Translations under genes and position numbers: made by a program | The notes under the pieces: generated by a model | Told to the model about the DNA's origin: nothing | The model's input: only the letters and a program-made list of their open reading frames with translations | The model's database searches: none | Assembly: GCF_044704955.1 (NCBI RefSeq) | Contig: NC_091990.1 | Coordinates: 184,574,001-184,638,000 of the forward strand | Reading direction: 5' to 3' | DNA: 64,000 bases | DNA from: Pristiophorus japonicus | Lineage: Eukaryota | Shown here: positions 1 through 12,766 of the stretch, in pieces | Layout: each line of letters opens with the position of its first letter | Numbering within the stretch: position 1 is the first letter of the stretch

Positions 1-3000
1 TTTCTATGTCACTATGTTTCTATGTCTCTATGTCTCTATGTCTCTATGTCTCTATGTCTCTATGTTTCTATGTCTCTATATCTCTATGTCTCTATGTTTC
101 TATGTCACTATGTTTCTATGTCTCTATGTCGCTATGTCGCTATGTTTCTATGTCTCTATGTCTCTATGTCTCTATGTCTCTATGTTTCTATGTCTCTATA
201 TCTCTATGTCTCTATGTTTCTATGTCACTATGTTTCTATGTCTCTATGTCTCTATGTTTCTATGTCTCTATATCTCTATGTCTCTATGTTTCTATGTCAC
301 TATGTTTCTATGTCTCTATGTCTCTATGTCTCTATGTTTCTATGTCTCTATGTCTCTATGTCTCTATGTCTCTATGTCTCTATGTCTCTATGTCTCTATG
401 TCTCTATGTTTCTATGTCTCTATGTCTCTATATCTCTATGTCTCTATGTTTCTATGTCTCTATATCTCTATATCTCTATGTTTCTATGTCTCTATGTCTC
501 TATGTCTCTATGTCTCTATGTCTCTATGTCTCTATGTCTCTATGTTTCTATGTCTCTATGTCTCTATGTTTCTATGTCTCTATGTCTCTATATCTCTATG
601 TTTCTATGTCTCTATGTTTCTATGTCTCTATGTCTCTATATCTCTATGTCTCTATATCTCTATGTCTCTATGTCTCTATGTCTCTATGTCTCTATGTCTC
701 TATGTCTCTATGTCTCTATGTTTCTATGTCTCCATGTCTCTATGTTTCTATGTCTCTATATCTCTATGTTTCTATGTCTCTATGTCTCTATGTCTCTATG
801 TTTCTATGTCTCTATGTTTCTATGTCTCTATGTCTCTATGTCTCTATGTTTCTATGTTTCTATGTCTCTATGTCTCTATGTCTCTATGTTTCTATGTCTC
901 TATGTTTCTATGTTTCTATGTCTCTATGTCTCTATGTCTCTATGTTTCTATGTTTCTATGTCTCTATGTCTCTATGTCTCTATGTCTCTATGTTTCTATA
1001 TCTCTATGTCTCTATGTTTCTATGTCTCTATGTTTCTATATCTCTATGTTTCTATGTCTCTATGTCTCTATGTCTCTATGTTTCTATGTCTCTATGTTTC
1101 TATGTCTCTATGTCTCTATGTCTCTATGTTTCTATGTTTCTATGTCTCTATGTCTCTATGTCTCTATATCTCTATGTCTCTATGTTTCTATGTTTCTATG
1201 TCTCTATGTCTCTATATCTCTATGTTTCTATGTCTCTATGTCTCTATGTCTCTATGTTTCTATGTCTCTATGTTTCTATGTCTCTATGTTTCTATGTCTC
1301 TCTGTCTCTATGTCTCTATGTTTCTATGTCTCTATGTTTCTATGTTTCTATGTCTCTATGTCTCTATGTTTCTATGTCTCTATGTCTCTATGTCTCTATA
1401 TCTCTATGTTTCTATGTTTCTATGTCTCTATGTCTCTATGTTTCTATGTTTCTATGTCTCTATGTCTCTATGTCTCTATGTCTCTATGTCTCTATGTCTC
1501 TATGTTTCTATATCTCTATGTCTCTCTGTTTCTATGTCTCTATGTTTCTATATCTCTATGTCTCTATGTTTCTATGTCTCTATGTTTCTATATCTCTATA
1601 TCTCTATGTTTCTATGTCTCTATGTCTCTATGTCTCTATGTCTCTATGTTTCTATGTCTCTATGTCTCTATGTCTCTATGTTTCTATGTTTCTATGTCTC
1701 TATGTCTCTATGTTTCTATATCTCTATGTCTCTATGTCTCTATGTCTCTATGTCTGTATGTCTCTATGTCTCTATGTTTCTCTGTCTCTATGTTTCTATG
1801 TCTCTATGTCTCTATGTTTCTATGTCTCTATATCTCTATGTCTCTATGTCTCTATGTCTCTATGTCTCTATGTCTCTATGTTTCTATGTCTCTATGTCTC
1901 TATGTCTCTATGTTCCTATATCTCTATGTCTCTATGTCTCTATGTCTCTATGTTTCTATGTCTCTATGTTTCTATGTCTCTATGTCTCTATGTTTCTATG
2001 TTTCTATGTCTCTATGTCTCTATGTCTCTATGTCTCTATGTCTCTATGTCTCTATGTTTCTATATCTCTATATCTCTATGTCTCTATGTCTCTATGTCTC
2101 TATGTTTCTATGTCTCTATGTTTCTATATCTCTATGTCTCTATGTTTCTATGTTTCTATGTCTCTATGTCTATGTCTCTATGTCTCTATGTCTCTATGTC
2201 TCTATGTCTCTATGTCTCTATGTTTCTATGTCTCTATGTCTCTATGTCTCTATGTCTCTATGTCTCTATGTTTCTATGTCTCTATGTCTCTATGTCTCTA
2301 TGTCTCTATGTCTCTATGTCTCTATATCTCTATGTCTCTATGTCTCTATGTCTCTATGTCTCTATGTCGCTATGTCTCTATGTCGCTATGTCGCTATGTT
2401 TCTATGTTTCTATGTCTCTATATCTCTATGTCTCTATGTTTCTATGTCTCTATGTCTCTATGTCGCTATGTTTCTATGTCTCTATGTTTCTATGTCTCTA
2501 TGTTTCTATGTCTCTATGTCTCTATGTCTCTATGTCTCTATGTCTCTATGTCTCTATGTTTCTATGTCTCTATGTCTCTATGTCTCTATGTCTCTATGTC
2601 TCTATGTTTCTATGTCTCTATGTCTCTATGTTTCTATGTCTCTATGTCTCTATATCTCTATGTCTCTATATCTCTATGTCTCTATGTCTCTATGTCTCTA
2701 TGTCTCTATGTTTCTATGTCTCTATGTCTCTATATCTCTTTGTCTCTATATCTCTATGTCTCTATATCTCTATGTCTCTATGTCTCTATGTCTCTATGTC
2801 TCTATATCTCTATGTCTCTATGTTTCTATGTCTCTATGTTTCTATGTCTCTATATCTCTATATCTCTATGTCTCTATATCTCTATGTCTCTATGTTTCTA
2901 TGTCTCTATGTTTCTATGTCTCTATGTCTCTATGTCTCTATGTCTCTATGTCTCTATGTTTCTATGTCTCTATGTCTCTATGTCTCTATGTCTCTATATC

Positions 3001-6000
3001 TCTATGTCTCTATGTCTCTATGTCTCTATGTTTCTATGTTTCTATGTCTCTATGTCTCTATGTTTCTATGTCTCTATGTTTCTATGTTTCTATGTCTCTA
3101 TGTTTCTATATCTCTATGTCTCTATGTTTCTATGTCTCTATGTTTCTATGTCTCTATGTCTCTATGTCTCTATATCTCTATGTCTCTATGTCTCTATGTT
3201 TCTATATCTCTATGTCTCTATATCTCGATGTCTCTATGTCTCTATATCTCTATGTTTCTATGTTTCTATGTCTCTATGTCTCTATGTCTCTATGTTTCTA
3301 TGTCTCTATATCTCTATGTCTCTATGTCTCTATGTTTCTATGTTTCTATGTCTCTATGTCTCTATGTCTCTATGTCTCTATGTTTCTATGTCTCTATGTC
3401 TCTATGTCTCTATGTCTCTATGTTTCTATGTCTCTATATCTCTATATCTCTATGTCTCTATGTCTCTATGTTTCTATGTTTCTATGTCTCTATGTCTCTA
3501 TGTCTCTATGTCTCTATGTCTCTATGTCTCTATGTCTCTATGTCTCTATGTCTCTATGTCTCTATGTCTCTATGTCGCTATGTCGCTATGTTTCTATGTT
3601 TCTATGTCTCTATATCTCTATGTCTCTATGTCTCTATGTCTCTATGTTTCTATGTCTCTATGTCTCTATGTCGCTATGTTTCTATGTCTCTATGTCTCTA
3701 TGTTTCTATGTTTCTATGTCTCTATGTCTCTATGTCTCTATGTTTCTATGTCTCTATGTCTCTATGTCTCTATATCTCTATGTCTCTATGTCTCTATGTC
3801 TCTATATCTCTATGTCTCTATGTCTCTATGTCTCTATGTCTCTATGTCTCTATGTCTCTATGTCTCTATGTCTCTATGTCTCTATATCTCTATTTCTCTA
3901 TGTCTCTATGTCTCTATATCTCTATGTCTCTATGTCTCTATGTCTCTATGTCTCTATGTCTCTATGTCTCTATATCTCTATATTTCTATGTCTCTATGTC
4001 TCTATGTTTCTATGTCTCTATGTCTCTATGTCTCTATGTTTCTATGTTTCTATGTCTCTATGTTTCTATATCTCTATGTCTCTATGTCTCTATGTCTCTA
4101 TGTCTCTATGTCTCTATGTCTCTATGTCTCTATGTCTCTATGTTTCTATGTCTCTATGTCTCTATGTTTCTATATCTCTATGTCTCTATATCTCTATGTT
4201 TCTATGTCTCTATGTTTCTATATCTCTATATCTCTATGTCTCTATGTCTCTATATCTCTATGTCTCTATGTTTCTATGTCTCTATGTCTCTATGTTTCTA
4301 TGTCTCTATGTCTCTATGTTTCTATATCTCTATGTTTCTATGTTTCTATGTCTCTATGTTTCTATATCTCTATGTTTCTATGTCTCTATGTCTCTATGTC
4401 TCTATGTTTCTATGTCTCTATGTTTCTATGTCTCTATGTCTCTATGTTTCTATGTCTCTATGTTTCTATGTCTCTATGTCTCTATGTCTCTATGTCTCTA
4501 TGTCTCTATGTCTCTATTTCTCTATGTTTCTATATCTCTATGTTTCTATGTCTCTATGTCTCTATGTCTCTATGTCTCTATATCTCTATGTCTCTATATC
4601 TCTATGTCTCTATGTTTCTATGTCTCTATGTCTCTATGTTTCTATGTCTCTATGTCTCTATATCTCTATGTCTCTATGTCTCTATGTCTCTATGTCTCTA
4701 TGTCTCTATATCTCTATGTCTCTATGTTTCTATGTCTCTATGTCTCTATGTCTCTATATCTCTATGTCTCTATGTCTCTATGTCTCTATGTTTCTATGTT
4801 TCTATGTCTCTATGTCTCTATGTTTCTATGTCTCTATGTTTCTATGTTTCTATGTCTCTATGTTTCTATATCTCTATGTCTCTATGTTTCTATGTCTCTA
4901 TGTCTCTATGTCTCTATGTCTCTATGTCTCTATGTCTCTATGTCTCTATATCTCTATGTTTCTATATCTCTATGTTTCTATGTCTCTATGTCTCTATGTC
5001 TCTATGTCTCTATGTCTCTATATCTCTATGTCTCTATGTTTCTATGTCTCTATGTCTCTATGTTTCTATGTCTCTATGTCTCTATATCTCTATGTCTCTA
5101 TGTCTCTATGTCTCTATGTCTCTATGTCTCTATGTCTCTATGTTTCTATATCTCTATGTCTCTATGTCTCTATGTCTCTATGTTTCTATGTCTCTATGTC
5201 TCTATGTTTCTATGTCTCTATGTTTCTATGTTTCTATGTCTCTATGTTTCTATATCTCTATGTCTCTATGTTTCTATGTCTCTATGTCTCTATGTCTCTA
5301 TGTCTCTATGTCTCTATGTCTCTATGTCTCTATATCTCTATGTTTCTATATCTCTATGTTTCTATGTCTCTATGTCTCTATGTCTCTATGTCTCTATGTC
5401 TCTATGTCTCTATATCTCTATGTCTCTATGTTTCTATGTCTCTATGTCTCTATGTTTCTATGTCTCTATGTCTCTATATCTCTATGTCTCTATGTCTCTA
5501 TGTCTCTATGTCTCTATGTCTCTATGTCTCTATGTTTCTATGTTTCTATGTCTCTATGTCTCTATGTCTCTATATCTCTATGTCTCTATGTCTCTATGTC
5601 TCTATGTTTCTATGTCTCTATGTCTCTATGTTTCTATGTCTCTATGTTTCTATGTTTCTATGTCTCTATGTTTCTATATCTCTATGTCTCTATGTCTCTA
5701 TGTCAGTATGTCTCTATGTCTCTATGTCTCTATGTCTCTATGTCTCTATGTCTCTATGTTTCTATGTCTCTATATCTCTATATCTCTATGTCTCTATGTC
5801 TCTATGTCTCTATATCTCTATATCTCTATGTCTCTATGTCTCTATGTTTCTATGTCTCTATATCTCTATATCTCTATGTCTCTATGTCTCTATGTCTCTA
5901 TGTCTCTATGTCTCTATGTTTCTATGTCTCTATGTCTCTATGTCTCTATGTCTCTATGTCTCTATGTCTCTATGTCTCTATGTCTCTATGTTTCTATGTC

Positions 6001-6286
6001 TCTATATCTCTATATCTCTATGTCTCTATGTCTCTATGTTTCTATGTCTCTATGTCTCTATGTCTCTATGTCTCTATGTCTCTATGTCTCTATGTCTCTA
6101 TATCTCTCTGTTTCTATGTCTCTATGTCTCTATGTTTCTATGTCTCTATGTCTCTATGTCTCTATGTCTCTATGTTTCTATGTCTCTATATCTCTATATC
6201 TCTATGTCTCTATGTCTCTATGTCTCTATGTCTCTATGTTTCTATGTTTCTATGTCTCTATATCTCTATATCTCTTTGTTTCTATG
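1..6286 (+). repeat. 8-bp tandem satellite (TCTATGTC)n with TCTATGTT and TCTATATC variants; runs off the left edge of the window
   Basis: About 785 uninterrupted octamers, one 6-nt unit near 2165-2175, rare CAC/CGC variants. The TCTATGTT variant is identical to the CR1 tails at 42229-42247, 56729-56757 and 63603-63624. Confidence 0.98.
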
Positions 6287-6675
6287 ACACTTCTACAAAC
6301 TCTGCAACATCTGATAGAAATCAATTAACAACTAACCTGTCAGTCGGTGATGATCCTTTTAAACATCGCTGGTGGGGGATTCTTCCTGCTGCTGAACACG
6401 TTCAGCTGTGCGAGGGTAAGAGAGGGCGTTAGCTCCGTCTAAACTGGCAGCGCTGGCGTCAAATCAGCTTTGCACATTGATTGACGTCACGATCTGCCTA
6501 CTCTGTATACTTACAGCGTACGCTCCCAGCGCTGATTCTAATGCCCTCAGCAAAATGGTGTCCATCATGGTCCACATCAGAAGTGCGCGTGTTCGCTATT
6601 CAGACGTCATTTTCGAGCCAATTTGACACTCGTAGTGCCCAAAAAATGGGCGCAACGCAACTGAATTTTTATCCC
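6287..6675. mobile_element. Harbinger-type terminal remnant (region upstream of transposase plus putative TIR)
   Basis: 6330-6435 (ACAACTAACCTG...GCTGGTGGGGG...CTGCTGAACAC...TTCAGCTGTGC...AGAGAGGGCGTTAGCT) aligns with 22619-22725, which lies upstream of a Harbinger transposase. Ends in the TIR-like GAATTTTTATCCC. Confidence 0.65.
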
Positions 6676-7194
6676 ATCAACTCTTTAATCTCTCGTCCAA
6701 GGCCTGAGCGGCAGCAGTCTGAGCAGCCATGGAGAAAGCTGTGCCTGCTCCTAGAATCTCTGTGGTTGGGCATCTGCTGCAGTTCAGCCTGCTGGTAGCC
6801 AATGCTCCAAGGTGGCCAATAATGCTGCAGAGCCATCCATCATCCTGGAGCACATGTTGGTTCTGAACTTCTCCAGCTAGCTTGACAGCTTGACATATTC
6901 GGAGACACTGTCCCTGTTGTCATTATATAGATACTAAGTTCTGCAATTATCTTTCCCGTAAAAGCAGGTCCAGTCAGATTGGTGTCCTTAGGCTCCTCAG
7001 CCTGGAGAAGGCATTTACTGACCCTTGGCACAGAAGAATGTGCCTCCTAATCTTGTACCCCTGGTTCCTCTTGCCTGCATCACCCTGTACACTATCCTCT
7101 CACTCACTTCCTAATGTGCCTCCGGTGTATGTCTCTGGGCTGATGCTTGGCAGGGAAAGGGTGAATGGGGGCATGTGTGATACTGGTTCACAGG

Positions 7195-7400
7195 TGTTGT
7201 GTATGTAAACTTTACCAATGTGTAAGACTTGCCACCAGGGGGCGTACCTGTGGGAGACCGAAGGGTCACCTGCTCACCCTGGACAAGCAGGTATAACAGG
7301 CAGTCTACTATGCTGCTTCCTCACTCTGGAGTTACATTGAAGAGACCAAGGTCACAACAGTTTGAGCATACAGTCTTATGGAGTTATTCTGAACATAACA
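7195..7400 (+). mobile_element. Solo LTR (Gypsy-type), 206 bp
   Basis: TGTTGT...ATAACA termini; perfect 5-bp TSD ACAGG at 7190-7194 and 7401-7405; CCACCAGGGG motif and TATAA as in the Gypsy LTR at 46601. Confidence 0.85.
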
Positions 7401-7724
7401 ACAGGGCTGCATGCAAAGGGTCCTTCAACATCGACTTCTTCCTTCTCTACACCTTCTTGATCAATTATGCTTCGAGCAGGGGTGAACCAGAGATTAGATT
7501 GCGATGCAGAGGAGTCATGTTCTCTTGAGAACTGCAGCAAGAAAACGCAACTGAAGTTTAATCATGATTGAAGAACTCAAGTGATGTATAGCCCTATGGC
7601 ATGAATTGGAATAGATCCTCAAGAATGGCAAAATAAACCTGCAGCTGCTTTCCCTACATATTTTTGGGAATTTACTCCTGTCTTTGAAGAATAAGTCTGC
7701 TAGGATGTTTGGCAGTAGCATATT

Positions 7725-9698
7725 GGCCGCAGAAATCCCGGTTTCTCCTTCCCGCGGGTGTTCGAATGGATTTTAGAAAAATGATGCCCACCTACCCGAA
7801 GCTGCTGCGGCCCACGCGAGATCCCGGTCCTGAGGCCCCCCTGACTGCGCGTCGCAGCGCATGCACGTCGGGACATGCGCAGGCCTGGAACTGGAATCAC
7901 ATGGCTCTGGGCAGCCAATCAGCTGTAGTATATTCTCATTCATAATAATGGGAACTCCGTAAGTTGGAGTTCCCATTATTATAAGAACATAACATAAGAA
8001 TTAGGAACAGGAGTAGGCCATCTAGCCCCTCGAGCCTGCTCCGCCATTCAACAAGATCATGGCTGATCTGGCCGTGGACTCAGCTCCACTTACCCGCCCG
8101 CTCCCCATAACCCTTAATTCCCTTATTGGTTAAAAATCTATCTATCTGTGACTTGAATACATTCAATGAGCTAGCCTTAACTGCTTCCTTGGGCAGAGAA
8201 TTCCACAGATTCACAACCCTCTGGGAGAAGAAATTCCTTCTCAACTCGGTTTTAAATTGGCTCCCCCGTATTTTGAGGCTGTGCCCCCTAGTTCTAGTCT
8301 CCCCGACCATGGAAACAACCTCTCTGCCTCTACCTTGTCTATCCCTTTCATTATTTTAAATGTTTCTATAAGATCACCCCTCATCCTTCTGAACTCCAAC
8401 GAGTAAAGACCCAGTCTACTCAATCTATCATCATAAGGTAACCCCCTCATCTCCGGAATTAGCCTAGTGAATCATCTCTGTACCCCCTCCAAAGCCAGTA
8501 TATCCTTCCTTAAGTAAGGTGACCAAAACTGCATGCAGTACTCCAGGCGCGGCCTCACCAATACCCTATATAGTTGCAGCAGGACCTTCCTGCTTTTGTA
8601 CTCCATCCCTCTCGCAATGAAGGCCAACATTCCACTCACCTTCCTGATTACCTGCTGCACCTGCAAACTAACTTTTTGGGATTCATGCACAAGGAACCCC
8701 AGGTCCCTCTGCACCGCAGCATGTTGTAATTTCTCCCCATTCAAATAATATTCCCTTTTACTGTTTTTTTTCCCAAGGTGGATTACCTCACACTTTCCGA
8801 CATTGTATTCCATCTGCCAAACCTTAGCCCATTCGCTTAACCTATCCAAATCTCTTTGCAGCCTCTCTGTGTCCTCTACACAACCCGCTTTCCCACTAAT
8901 CTTTGTGTCATCTGCCAATTTTGTTACACTACACTCTGTCCCCTCTTCCAGGTCATCTATGTATATTGTAAACAGTTGTGGTCCCAGCACCGATCCCTGT
9001 GGCACACCACTAACCACTGATTTCCAACCCGAAAAGGACCCATTTATCCCGACTCTCTGCTTTCTGTTCGCCAGCCAATTCTCTATCCATGCTAATACAT
9101 TTCCTCTGACTCCGCGTACCTCTATCTTCTGCAGTAACCTTTTGTGTGGCACCTTATCGAATGCCTTTTGGAAATCTAAATACACCATGAATGAGAACCC
9201 CCGCCAAACACTAATAATCAATAATAAAAGATAGAAAAAATGCACAACATATTTTTATTAATTTAAATTTAAGTTATTTATGTATTTAAACATATATATT
9301 TTTACGATTTAAAAAAAAGTTTTTTTAATTATGGTTTAAAATAAACTTACCGTGGTGGGGAGGGTTTTTTAACAATAACATGTGTTTTTAAAAATTTATT
9401 TTACAATGTTTCTGTGTGTTTTAAAACTCTTACGCCTGTAAAAGTAGACAATGTGCCTGCTTTTATCAGGCGCAAGAGCTTTGAGGACATTTGCTGGGCA
9501 AGATATGGGTAAATCCCACAACCTTGCCCTTGCAAATGTCCTCGCTCCCGATATGCGCGAGATCTGTCAGGCCAGAAACTTGACAGATCGGAAAAGCCAG
9601 TTTTCAGCGCATGCGCATTGTGTATTGAAGCTTTTCCAATGCCTTCCCAGGTCCGTAGAAACTCGGTACAGACCCGGGAAGACCGGGATTTCCAGGCC
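7725..9698. mobile_element. Harbinger-type MITE interrupted by a CR1
   Basis: TIRs GGCCGCAGAAATCCCGGT / ACCGGGATTTCCAGGCC; 3-bp TSD ATT at 7722-7724 and 9699-9701; non-coding interior with an internal palindrome. Confidence 0.75.
7981..9186 (-). mobile_element. 5'-truncated CR1 LINE, (TTCTTATG)n-tail subfamily
   Basis: RT motifs YLDFQKAFDKVPH, GVPQGSVLGP, LADDTK; C-terminal FFSQRVVNLWNSLP; 3' UTR and tail at 7981-8000; frameshifted. Confidence 0.95.
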
Positions 9699-9808
9699 AT
9701 TATCTCCCCCACAATGAAGTGGAAAATTCAATGGGTCAGCTCCAACTTCATGGGATGGACAGAAGTCACATGATGCGCCTGGAGCTGGCTTCCCAATGAA
9801 AAGAACTG

Positions 9809-11385
9809 GGGCCCGAAATTCAGCCCCGCTGTAAAGCTGCTGCTTCCCCACCTTTTTGTAGCCATTAGCGTCGAAATGTTTTCGTGGCTGGGGCCACCCC
9901 ACATTCAGCTCCAAAAGTGAACAAATGGGTTCCAGCGCTAATGAACCCTTCCAAAGTGGATTTTTCAGCGGTGTGCCTGTCTTAATTTGAACGTTATCAC
10001 CACTGAGAAATTCAGCATGCAGGTAAGGGTTTCTCATGAGCCAGCTGCTCTTTGGTCTTTTTAAAGGCCAGGGTTTGCAGCAAGGCCCTGAGGGGGGAAG
10101 GAGGTTGGAAGGATGGTTGGTGTAAGAGGTGCAAGGAGAGCCAACAGGTTCACTGATATGGAGCTGGAGACGCTGATGGACGGTGTGGAGGACAGAAGAA
10201 GAAGGGTGCTGGCCAGTCTGCACCCGGCCCTTCCAGGGTGGGGATCGATCGACGCCACCTAGCTCTGGGGCGACGGGGATCCTCCTTCTCTTCCTGCGCC
10301 TCCTCCTCCTCCTCCTCAGGTGGTACTGCTGGCTCGAGCTCCAGCGACTGTCCCCTCAGGATGGCCAGGTTGTGCAGCATGCAGCAGAACACGATGATTA
10401 TGGAGACCCGTTGAGGAGAGTACTGCAAGGTGCCACCAGAGTGGTCCATGCACCGGAACCTCTGCTTAAGGATGCCTATGCACTGCTCCATGATGCACCT
10501 GGTGGTACAATGAGCGTCATTGTAGGCATGCTCTGGCACTGCCCTAGGGTTCCGCAGAGGAGTGAGAGCCATAAGGGATATCCCTTGTGCCCAAGCAGCC
10601 AACCGCAATCCTGATTCGGGCCGGTCAAGACGGCGGGCACACTGGTCTGGCGCAGAATGAACGAATCATGGCTGCTGCCTCCCTTGCCCGCTGCCTGTCT
10701 GCACGGTGCTGATGGCGATGCCTTCTCCTGCGTGCTGCCCTGTCTCTGCCCAGGTGTACCAGGTGTCACCCTCCCAACACTCCTCCCATCCTCAGGCAGG
10801 TCTCTGCAGCCCACACGCCTCCACTAAAGAGTCAGACCTGAAAGTTGTACAAAAGTACCGGGGTATGTGCAAACCCCTGAGCAGCACTCAGCAGGTTGAA
10901 TGGAGCCGAAACAATTAATAAACTATATGAAAAGCTAAATACTGCGGTCCGTGGAAAATGAAATAAAAACACTAATAACTAATAAAACTTTTTCAAAAGA
11001 TAAATACTACACATGCTGGAAAATGAAATAAAAACAATAATAAGTAATAAAATGTTTTACCTACCAAGGGGCCCCAGTGGTGTCGTGTTCGAGCACCACA
11101 TTGAAAACCTCGCGGGGGCACGACCGGGAAAAGTCCTACCTTTTCCTCGGTGAATTTCGCTGTGGTAGTCCCTTTCCAGTGCCCTGCCGCTGCATCCCTC
11201 TCCGCTGGAAACCTTCCTTTACAGCAGCTCCACAGTGGAAGTGAACCTCGCTGAACTCCTCCCCGAGCTGAATCTGGCTCCGGGGGGGAAAAGTACCCGA
11301 CTGCGGCGGCTGAGCGATTTTTTTTTCAATCGACCGCCCAAACTCCGCGGTAACTATCCCTTCGGGGACGGAGAATTTCGGGCCC
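9809..11385. mobile_element. Internally deleted PIF/Harbinger DNA transposon, 1577 bp
   Basis: Perfect 13-bp TIRs GGGCCCGAAATTC / GAATTTCGGGCCC; TSD CTG at 9806-9808 and 11386-11388; Myb/SANT gene start on + (ATG 10113, MVGVRGARRANRFTDMELETLMDGV); transposase remnant on -. Confidence 0.92.
10213..10690 (-). pseudogene. Harbinger DDE transposase C-terminal fragment
   Basis: [47 protein letters not shown] motifs typical of the DDE_Tnp_4 family; frameshifted. Confidence 0.88.
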
Positions 11386-12399
11386 CTGGACTCTGTAAAG
11401 TTGCACTGAACACCCCATAACTACATTTATTTTTACATTTAAAATATCTCGAATCCTTTCAGGATAGGTTGATTTTAGGTTGAAAGATAGAATTGCAGTA
11501 GGTTCCAAGGTGCTGAATGTTACACCAAATTAAATATCAAAAAATTGATGCGGTGGGTGGGGGGGGGTTTATAACAGAAAATAAATCTCTTTCCCTTTTA
11601 CCTTCCTTTAGTACTGCTGAAAACTGAGCGTTTAGTTTATTTTATTTCCCCTTCAGCAAAAGTGATTGAATGTTGAAGTATATTTTCTGGTTGCTGTGAC
11701 CAATGGTGTAGGAGTGGAACACGCACTATGTAGTGAAAAATCTGGCTCAGATCCATACAGCCACAGCTGCTCTGAGCATAATCTTCCAGTGGGCCTTTTA
11801 GACCAATCTAAAGTGGTGTCACCAAAATGAGATGTAGCTTTATTTAAATATCAAAATACAATTAAAATGAAAACACAACACAATTTTTTCATCTACTTAG
11901 GAAGGGTTGCAATGTGCGTACCATTTGCACATCTGGACTGGGCCTAAACAAAGCCTCATGTGAGATGGAGTTCTTAAAGGGTCTGAGGTTTTTAGCCACT
12001 TTTACAGTTCCAGTTTTATTATTTATTTATGGAAAACTTTATTTCTATCATAGATCTTTTGTAACCTCGTAGTACATACTATTTATGTGGAAGCTAAAAC
12101 GACTGAATATTCTCTGTCAATTCTGACTGTAATTGAGGTCTTTACAAGTAGAAAAGAAAGAACTAAAAAAAAAATAAGGGATATGAAAAAGCTCTTATAA
12201 TATAAATTTCCATAGAGTTCAGGTGGCAATGTTGCATGTATGTGAAGAAATCCATTGTAGTTGACAAGTCAAATTAAAATTAATGATATGGGTTGGTGTT
12301 CATGGTCGAAAGGATACAAAATGAAAGAATGCATTCTCAGAAAGCTATCAGCAGGCACTAGAGCAGACTGCACCCCCTCCCCTCCCCACCCACTCACCT

Positions 12400-12710
12400 T
12401 GTGCCATCAACCATATCTGTAGACCCCTACACACCTTCCTTGTAGTAACCATAGGGTCAGCAGAGTCAGTTGCAGAATTGTGCCATCAGCTGCAAGGACT
12501 CCAGCAGCCAACCTGTGATATGTGGATGGTCACCTCCTCCCTCAAGTTCATTGCCACCGTCTTCTTACAGGTCAGGAAAGAGATTAATGCAGTATCAGCC
12601 AACGTGCTGCCCACATATGTTTCAAAGATACAGATAGCACTTTCATTTTCCTTCCCCACTTAGTAGCAACAGCCGGATGACATGGCTGTCCAATGTTGCT
12701 GCATTGCTAC
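12400..12710 (+). pseudogene. Highly decayed Harbinger transposase N-terminal fragment
   Basis: ELCHQLQ...VTSSLKFIAT...ISQ-like segment resembling the transposase at 21834-22200. Confidence 0.45.
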
Positions 12711-12766
12711 ATTTGCCACATAAAAGGTTACTGCCCAAGATAAAAGTTCACAGGGTTGGGGGTAAT

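Noticed and set aside
1-6286. Telomeric array or CRISPR array
   Set aside because: No TTAGGG units, no unique spacers, no cas genes; eukaryotic TE context.
6-6432. Three ORFs of about 2100 aa (SLCLYVSM repeats)
   Set aside because: Arithmetic consequence of an 8-bp unit with no stop triplet on this strand; all three frames give the same peptide. No evidence of a gene.
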